Assembly (NCBI GenBank): GCA_028698185.1
Contig: JAQVDW010000008.1
Location: forward strand, 30,001-62,000
Direction of reading: 5' to 3'
DNA from: Erysipelotrichaceae bacterium
GTDB lineage: Bacteria > Bacillota_I > Bacilli_A > Erysipelotrichales > Coprobacillaceae
DNA length: 32,000 bases
This document shows positions 26,846-32,000 of the stretch, piece by piece. The first letter of the stretch is position 1; the number at the start of each line of letters is the position of its first letter. The position numbers were made by a program, and so were the translations under genes. Under the pieces are notes generated by a model that saw nothing but the letters and a program-made list of their open reading frames with translations, was not told where the DNA came from and did no database searches.

Positions 26846-27085
26846 ATGGCTAACGAACAACAAGTAGACAACCTAGTAAATATGTTGGATGGTTACGTTG
26901 AACAAGGTGGACATCACTTGAACGTCAACGTATTCAACCGTGAAACATTATTGGATGCCCAAGCTCATCCGGAAAAATACCCACAATTAACTGTGCGTGT
27001 CAGTGGATATGCGGTTAACTTTGTCAAACTGACAAAAGAACAACAAAACGACGTAATCTCACGTACTTTCCACGAAGGTATGTAA
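26846..27085 (+). CDS. Free-standing glycyl-radical domain (GrcA/YfiD-like; equivalent to the PflB C-terminus)
   Basis: GAAGGAG lies 7 nt upstream of ATG 26846 and overlaps the previous stop codon. [59 protein letters not shown] is near-identical in pattern to the E. coli PflB C-terminus, including the RVSGYAV radical-glycine loop. Confidence 0.85.
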   Translation: MANEQQVDNLVNMLDGYVEQGGHHLNVNVFNRETLLDAQAHPEKYPQLTVRVSGYAVNFVKLTKEQQNDVISRTFHEGM

Positions 27086-27090
27086 TAGTG

Positions 27091-27122
27091 AAACCTGGAT
27101 CAATGTCCAGGTTTTTCTTTTT
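27091..27122 (+). terminator. Intrinsic terminator of the pfl unit
   Basis: AAACCTGGA, loop TCAATG, TCCAGGTTTTTCTTTTT. Confidence 0.75.
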
Positions 27123-27343
27123 CCTAAATTCCGGGGATTGAGTTTGGGGTCCCAGCGACTTTAAAGCGATATGAAAATAATATTTTAAAAAATATTTTTT
27201 TAAGATATGAAACTCCAGATTCAAGTTGCCCGAGTCCGCTTAATTATATTTCATTTCTCGAATTTGTTATTGATTTTTAAGGGAAAATATATAATAATAT
27301 TCACGTAAAATTATTGATGAGATGAAAAGGAAAGTAAAGTAAA

Positions 27344-27604
27344 ATGAGTTTTTACAACACTAGAAATCGGCTTGGCGAAATAAAGTTCGATTATGAAGAT
27401 GGTTTTGAAAATGAAGATGTTTTAGCTTATGAATTTGGTCTCGAATTGGATGAAAGTGATGAGGAAGAAATATACGATTTTACTAAAATCGTCAAAAGGA
27501 TGTCAGGCGTGGAGTTGTTGGATATTTATCAATACAAGCACGAACTTTCATCTACAGCCAATAATATAATTGTGAATGAAATGGCTCGAAGAAAACTGAT
27601 ATGA
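27344..27604 (+). CDS. Hypothetical acidic 86-aa protein, monocistronic
   Basis: The ORF is bracketed by two intrinsic terminators. It has an acidic N-terminal half (DYEDGFENED..ELDESDEEE) and a basic helical C-terminus. The RBS is weak and distant (AAGG about 13 nt upstream). No family recognised. Confidence 0.5.
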   Translation: MSFYNTRNRLGEIKFDYEDGFENEDVLAYEFGLELDESDEEEIYDFTKIVKRMSGVELLDIYQYKHELSSTANNIIVNEMARRKLI

Positions 27605-27606
27605 TT

Positions 27607-27635
27607 GATGCCGCCTATGGCTGCATCTTTTTTTT
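27607..27635 (+). terminator. Intrinsic terminator after the 86-aa ORF
   Basis: GATGCCGCC, loop TAT, GGCTGCATC (one mismatch), followed by T8. Confidence 0.6.
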
Positions 27636-27676
27636 GAATTTATGATAACGTTTTCAAGGTTTTTATGTTAAAATCT

Positions 27677-27688
27677 AACCTATAGGTT
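27677..27688. promoter_or_regulatory. Perfect 12-bp palindrome AACCTATAGGTT in the regulator leader (candidate operator)
   Basis: Self-complementary 12-mer located between a TTAAAAT -10-like element (27668-27674) and the AGAGGTGAG RBS of the PRD regulator gene. Confidence 0.3.
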
Positions 27689-27706
27689 TTTTAAAGAGGT
27701 GAGACA

Positions 27707-29731
27707 ATGATAATTCAAGACCTTGACAAAAGATGCATCAAAATACTAGAAGTGTTGCTCAATCGCGACAGCAACGTGACATTGCAGGAGATAGCCCTGT
27801 TCAACAACGTCTCCCGCCGGACGATCTATTACGATCTTGAGCGAATCAATGATTTCTTGATTGAAAACAAGTGGGAGAAAATAATCGTCGAGCGGGGCAA
27901 AGGAATCTATCTCCATGCGAACACGCGTCAGGCTTTAAGCCAGGACATGCTTGAGGGATCTAAGAACCCGGCATTCAATCCAAGCGACAGGGTCCGTATA
28001 ATCACTTGTACGATACTCAGACGGGATTCAATCATTCTAATCGAGGATCTGATGGATATCTGCAAAGTCAGCCGGAATACGATCCAATCCGACCTCAAGT
28101 CGGCCCAGGAAAGCCTTGCCAACTACAATCTCGAATTGGAGTTCACCTTGAAAAAGGGATACTACATCAAGGGTAATGTGATTACGAAGCGGGCGGTTTT
28201 TTTCCTGTGCTTTGACCATATCCGCAAGCTTTATCTTTCCGGTGATATCGAACTAAGCCAGCAGGATGTCGTCGATGAATACCAGAAACGGCTCCATTCG
28301 GTCGAAAAGGAACTCAACTACCGTTTTGTTTATGGGGTGTGCTACTCCTTGTCGGTTTTTTTCGCCACTGTCAGCCATCGCAAGGATCCGCTGATATTCG
28401 ACCAGGTTCTGGTGATGAAGATTGTCGAAACGCCAGAATATGGGCTGATTGACAAATATTTCGAGGATTTCTCCTCGTTTGAGAAGGTCTACCTGACCCT
28501 GCATATTCTAGGAAGCCGCCTCCAAAGCCTCAACCTGGATTTCAATGACCAGCTAAATGGCGACATCTACAATCTGGCCTGCGATCTGGTAGAGGAATTC
28601 GAACGGATTGCCAATGTGGATTTCCAAAAACAAAAGGAACTTGAACAGGCCTTGTATTATCATCTTAAAAACAGTATCTACCGCTACCGTTATGGCATAA
28701 TCATCGGCAATCCCTTGCTTGACGATGTCAAAAGGGAGTATGGCTACCTTTTCGATGTGACCAAAAAAGCCACCCAGTTCATGCAAAAGGAACTTTCGCT
28801 GCCCATCCATGATGCGGAAATAGCCTATCTGACCCTTCACTTCGGAGGTGCCTTGAACAGCCAACGCAAGCTTACCAAAAAGAAGAAGCGGATTCTGGTC
28901 ATCTGCCCCAATGGCTTGTCGACAGCAAACATGCTAAAAGCCGAAATATCCTACCTGATCCAGGATGACGCAATAATCGAAATCACAAACAGCGACAACC
29001 TAACGGCCCATCAGAATTCCTATGATGTCGTAATTTCGACCATCGCCCAGGTGGCCGAGAGATTCACGGATTTCATCCTGGTCAATCCGGTCCTGAGCGA
29101 CCTTGACCGGATGGCCATCATGAAAAAAGTTTACGAGATTGACAATCCCCAAAGCGAACTAAATGATCTTGTCAATATAATCAAGCCGTATCTCAAGGAT
29201 GATAGTCTAGGAGCGGTCCGTGATGAGCTGTACCGTTTTTTAAATTACCGCCAGCTCCACCGGTTCAACCTGGAGGAAGATTCCACCACAGCAAGCAGCT
29301 TTCTAGGCCAGCCGGATTTTGTCGCGATCGACAACCGGAACATATCCTGGCAGCAAGCAATCGAGGATACGACTCGAATCTTGGAGAGGAAGAACCATGT
29401 GACCAACCTTTACGCCAAGAACATAGTCCGGCAGTTGTTAAAGTACGGGCCCTACATGTTCATCGCCAATGGGGTGTGCCTGGCCCACTCGAAAATATCC
29501 CATGGTTCATTGAAACTGGGCCTGTCTTTATGCGTCTATCCCCGGGGAGTCGAGTTTGAAAGGGTCAAGACCGCCTATCTGGTGTTCGTCATGAGCGCCC
29601 AGGACCAGACCAGCCATCTAAAAATGCTTTCGGATCTGATTAAACTGTTTGCCCAGGAACAAAACATGGAACAGGTCAGGGATCTCAAAAGTGTCGCTGA
29701 TATCAATGTTTTTTTCGAGAATGCAATCTGA
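27707..29731 (+). CDS. PRD-containing PTS-controlled transcriptional regulator (LicR/MtlR architecture: HTH - PRD - PRD - EIIB-like - EIIA-like)
   Basis: N-terminal winged-helix/HTH (IKILEVLLNRDSNVTLQEIALFNNVSRRTIYYDLERIN). Two PRD regions (one contains AEIAYLTLHFGGAL). An EIIB(Bgl/Gat)-like segment KKRILVICPNGLSTANMLK. A C-terminal EIIA(Mtl/Fru)-like segment GVCLAHSKISHGS. Confidence 0.8.
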   Translation: MIIQDLDKRCIKILEVLLNRDSNVTLQEIALFNNVSRRTIYYDLERINDFLIENKWEKIIVERGKGIYLHANTRQALSQDMLEGSKNPAFNPSDRVRIITCTILRRDSIILIEDLMDICKVSRNTIQSDLKSAQESLANYNLELEFTLKKGYYIKGNVITKRAVFFLCFDHIRKLYLSGDIELSQQDVVDEYQKRLHSVEKELNYRFVYGVCYSLSVFFATVSHRKDPLIFDQVLVMKIVETPEYGLIDKYFEDFSSFEKVYLTLHILGSRLQSLNLDFNDQLNGDIYNLACDLVEEFERIANVDFQKQKELEQALYYHLKNSIYRYRYGIIIGNPLLDDVKREYGYLFDVTKKATQFMQKELSLPIHDAEIAYLTLHFGGALNSQRKLTKKKKRILVICPNGLSTANMLKAEISYLIQDDAIIEITNSDNLTAHQNSYDVVISTIAQVAERFTDFILVNPVLSDLDRMAIMKKVYEIDNPQSELNDLVNIIKPYLKDDSLGAVRDELYRFLNYRQLHRFNLEEDSTTASSFLGQPDFVAIDNRNISWQQAIEDTTRILERKNHVTNLYAKNIVRQLLKYGPYMFIANGVCLAHSKISHGSLKLGLSLCVYPRGVEFERVKTAYLVFVMSAQDQTSHLKMLSDLIKLFAQEQNMEQVRDLKSVADINVFFENAI

Positions 29732-29743
29732 AAATCTTCTCGC

Positions 29744-29788
29744 GCCCAAGCTTTGCACAAACCATGTGCAATGATTTGGGCTTTTTTT
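29744..29788 (+). terminator. Composite intrinsic terminator after the regulator gene
   Basis: The GCCCAA (29744-29749) and TTGGGC (29776-29781) arms enclose an inner TTGCACA/TGTGCAA hairpin. T7 follows. Confidence 0.6.
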
Positions 29789-29839
29789 GTAGCGCTTTCA
29801 AAGATATACTGAAAATGTAATCAAGAGGAGATCAATCAT

Positions 29840-30289
29840 ATGGAAAAACTTTTCAAGAAGAAAAACATTTATTTTGTCGAACGAGTCACCGACTGGGAGG
29901 AAGCGATCAGGACAGCGATCGAGCCTTTGGTCAGACAGGGATATTGCGAATCCCGCTATATCGATGGGGTGTTTGAAAACACCAAGAAATACGGTCCCTA
30001 TTACGTCTTGTGCGAAAATCTGGCCTTGATTCATGCGGCTACAAACCAGGGGGCGCTCGAGACGCAGATGGCAGTGACCGTCCTCAAGGAACCGGTCAGA
30101 TTCAAACCCGACGGATTTGATGTGCGGATATTGATCGGCCTGGTCGCAAGCGACGCCAAGAGCCATGTGGATATCATGAGGGCGATCGGGGAAATATTTT
30201 CCAACAGCGAGACGGTTGAAAAACTGCTGGCCACAACATCGCAAGATGTCGTCTATGACATCTTTGCCAATTCAAATGATGTAGCATAA
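29840..30289 (+). CDS. PTS EIIA component, ascorbate/mannitol (EIIA_2) family
   Basis: 149 aa, a size typical of UlaC/SgaA-like EIIA. AGAGGAG RBS. The gene precedes a UlaA-type IIC. Confidence 0.75.
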   Translation: MEKLFKKKNIYFVERVTDWEEAIRTAIEPLVRQGYCESRYIDGVFENTKKYGPYYVLCENLALIHAATNQGALETQMAVTVLKEPVRFKPDGFDVRILIGLVASDAKSHVDIMRAIGEIFSNSETVEKLLATTSQDVVYDIFANSNDVA

Positions 30290-30317
30290 AGAAAAAAATT
30301 TAGGAGGAAAGAAAGTT

Positions 30318-31736
30318 ATGTTTATTATCGACATCATTGTCAACATCTTGTCAACACCTGCGATTCTGGTCGGTCTATTGGCCATGCTGGGTCTGGTCCT
30401 GCAAGGAAAGCCGACATCGGCGATCATCAAGGGAACAATCAAGACAATCGCTGGATTTGTAGTACTTGGGGCGGGGGCGTCTTACCTGCTTTCGGGTTCA
30501 TTGAATGATTTTGGAACACTGTTCAATTTCGCATTCAAAATGCAAGGGGTCGTTCCAAACAACGAAGCGATCGTATCTCAAGCGCTCACCCAATACGGTC
30601 AGGCTACTGCTTTGATCATGTGTTTCGGGATGGTCGCAAATATCGTCCTGGCCCGGTTCTCAAGGATGAAATACATCTTCCTGACCGGTCACCACACTCT
30701 GTACATGGCCTGCATGATCGCGGTCATCCTGTCGGTTGGAGGGTTGTCAGGAATTCCATTAATCATCGGCGGTTCGGCATTGTTGGGTCTGGTTATGGTC
30801 ATTTCGCCAGCGTTGCTCCAGCCTTCAATGGAAAAGATCACCGGTTCAAAAGATCTTGCCTTCGGACATTTCGGGGGATTCGGGTATTTTGTATCCGCTC
30901 AAGTGGGAAAACTTTTCAAAGGTTCAAAATCGTCTGAGGATATCAACTTCCCTAAGGGGTTGTCATTCCTGCGTGACACTACAGTATCGATTTCCATCAC
31001 AATGATTGTCTTTTTCATGATCGTAACAGGAGTTGCGGTAATGAACGGTGGCTTGAGCGATCCGACCATCTCGGCTCTGTTCGCAGGTGGTGACACGAAA
31101 ACCCACTGGCTTGTATGGGCTCTTATGCATGGTATCAATTTCGCCGCTGGGGTCTACATCATCCTTTCAGGTGTTCGTCTTATCATCGGTGAAATCGTTC
31201 CGGCCTTCAAAGGAATCGCCGAAAAACTGGTTCCTAATTCAAAACCTGCCTTGGACTGTCCGGTTGTCTTCCCTTACGCTCCAAATGCGGTATTGATTGG
31301 ATTCTTGGTATCGTTTGCCGGTGGTATCGTTGGTCTTCTAGTGCTGGGAATGATCAACACCAACCTGATTCCGGTTGCCTTGATTTTGCCTGGGGTCATC
31401 CCTCATTTCTTCTGTGGGGCTTCGGCCGGTGTATTTGGCAACGCCCAAGGCGGTCTTAAAGGATGTATTGCCGGTTCGTTCGCTCATGGTCTTTTGATCA
31501 CTTTCCTTCCGGCAATCTGTATGCCGGTCATGGGAGCGCTCCAATTCGCGAATACGACATTCTCGGATGCCGACTTCTCGGTAGTGGGAATCCTGATCGG
31601 GAATGTGGCCCAATATGTCCAAGGCTATGGCTTGCTGGCAATATGTCTGGTCTTATTCGCCTTGCCGATTGTCTATAATCTGGTGGCCCCAAAAAAGGTA
31701 AACAAGGAAGCTGACGAAAAAGCTTATTCAAAATAA
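30318..31736 (+). CDS. ulaA: PTS ascorbate-family transporter EIIC (UlaA/SgaT family)
   Basis: 472-aa polytopic membrane protein with the UlaA-like N-terminus (ILSTPAILVGLLAMLGLVLQGK) and length. AGGAGG RBS. Confidence 0.8.
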   Translation: MFIIDIIVNILSTPAILVGLLAMLGLVLQGKPTSAIIKGTIKTIAGFVVLGAGASYLLSGSLNDFGTLFNFAFKMQGVVPNNEAIVSQALTQYGQATALIMCFGMVANIVLARFSRMKYIFLTGHHTLYMACMIAVILSVGGLSGIPLIIGGSALLGLVMVISPALLQPSMEKITGSKDLAFGHFGGFGYFVSAQVGKLFKGSKSSEDINFPKGLSFLRDTTVSISITMIVFFMIVTGVAVMNGGLSDPTISALFAGGDTKTHWLVWALMHGINFAAGVYIILSGVRLIIGEIVPAFKGIAEKLVPNSKPALDCPVVFPYAPNAVLIGFLVSFAGGIVGLLVLGMINTNLIPVALILPGVIPHFFCGASAGVFGNAQGGLKGCIAGSFAHGLLITFLPAICMPVMGALQFANTTFSDADFSVVGILIGNVAQYVQGYGLLAICLVLFALPIVYNLVAPKKVNKEADEKAYSK

Positions 31737-31742
31737 TTGCAT

Positions 31743-31779
31743 GGAAACCAAGATGCAAATTCTTGGTTTTCCGATTTTT
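31743..31779 (+). other. Intercistronic hairpin between the IIC and IIB genes
   Basis: GGAAACCAAG (31743-31752), 9-nt loop, CTTGGTTTTCC (31762-31772, one bulge), then GATTTTT. Confidence 0.3.
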
Positions 31780-31799
31780 ATATCGAAGGAGAAAATATC

Positions 31800-32000
31800 A
31801 TGGAAATCAAAAAAATAATGTGCTGCTGCGGTTCCGGCCTTGGATCAAGCATGCTTGTAAGAATGAATGTGGAAAAGGTCCTGAAAAATCATGGGATGAA
31901 CGATATCGAGGTTATGCACTCATCAGTTTCCGATGCGGTTGAAAATGCGGCCGATCTGTTCGTGGTTGGAGGCGACCTGGAGGAGTTTGTCGATTCCCTG
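31800..32000 (+). CDS. ulaB: PTS EIIB component, ascorbate family (UlaB/SgaB-like); the 3' end lies outside the window
   Basis: My own translation reads MEIKKIMCCCGSGLGSSMLVRMNVEKVLKNHG..., which contains the C-G-x-G-x-G-S-S-M phospho-cysteine loop of UlaB-type IIB. GAAGGAG RBS at 31786-31792. Confidence 0.75.
   Translation, partial: MEIKKIMCCCGSGLGSSMLVRMNVEKVLKNHGMNDIEVMHSSVSDAVENAADLFVVGGDLEEFVDSL

Noticed and set aside
26547-26866. Self-splicing group I intron, by analogy with the phage T4 nrdD intron, or an intein interrupting pflB.
   Set aside because: The block is AT-rich and contains a complete RBS-ATG ORF plus a second RBS. I could not place a 5' exon-terminal U and a 3' intron-terminal G that would rejoin the frame as ...QV|DNLVN... 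An intein would be in-frame and much larger. Running cmscan with Intron_gpI would be the decisive check.
26500-26900. Simple frameshift pseudogene or sequencing error as the explanation for the broken pflB.
   Set aside because: Single indels cannot give a normal protein, because the intervening ORF duplicates rather than continues the sequence. Both downstream ORFs have their own ATG with a strong RBS at an identical 7-nt spacing. This still needs read-level confirmation and is kept as the main alternative in the findings.
26804-27085. The 93-aa version of the last pfl ORF, starting at 26804 ([14 protein letters not shown]...).
   Set aside because: That start overlaps ORF2 and has no RBS. 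ATG 26846 follows GAAGGAG by 7 nt, and homology to the PflB C-terminus begins there.
27086-27343. Small ORFs and the AATATTTT direct repeat in the AT-rich spacer after the pfl terminator, including the minus-strand 66-aa ORF 27024-27224.
   Set aside because: The 66-aa ORF overlaps the radical-domain gene and the terminator and has no RBS. The other ORFs are only a few codons long. The repeat is low-complexity AT sequence.
29789-29803. cre-like TGTAGCGCTTTCA upstream of the PTS EIIA gene.
   Set aside because: It is one base short of the 14-nt cre consensus. Any 14-nt alignment breaks the central CG, so it is not a credible CcpA site as it stands.
1-32000. Mobile elements, CRISPR arrays, tRNA/rRNA genes, toxin-antitoxin pairs or known defence-system genes.
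   Set aside because: None seen. There are no transposase, integrase, recombinase or Cas-like ORFs, no spaced repeat arrays and no cloverleaf-like or rRNA-like segments in the intergenic regions, all of which are short.

Overview
This is a chromosomal window from a walled, moderate-GC Firmicute. The cell-wall inference rests on MurE and a PASTA-domain PrkC. The gene order resembles the Bacillus subtilis ylo cluster, and a CIRCE operator sits in front of clpB. I cannot name the organism from the sequence.

Nt 1-23,600 is densely packed housekeeping: nnr, pgeF, rqcH, gmk, priA, rsmB, rlmN, prpC, prkC, rsgA, rpe, thiN, an RTPR-type class II ribonucleotide reductase, clpB, rsmE, one unknown ORF, mtaB and murE.

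Nt 23,600-27,700 is an AT-richer locus and the most unusual part of the window. It starts with a PRD-only protein transcribed divergently from pyruvate formate-lyase. The PFL gene is broken into three RBS-equipped cistrons:
- a 687-aa catalytic core that lacks the glycyl-radical domain;
- a 71-aa ORF that copies only the first half of that domain and ends in a three-Cys tail;
- a 79-aa free-standing glycyl-radical domain that resembles GrcA.

A terminator-bracketed acidic 86-aa orphan follows. No PFL activase gene is visible.

Nt 27,700-32,000 encodes a LicR/MtlR-type PRD regulator and an ascorbate-family PTS (IIA, IIC, IIB; IIB runs off the window).

I saw no tRNA or rRNA genes, CRISPR arrays, transposases, integrases or recognisable defence genes. 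All coordinates of short motifs and hairpins were derived by hand.
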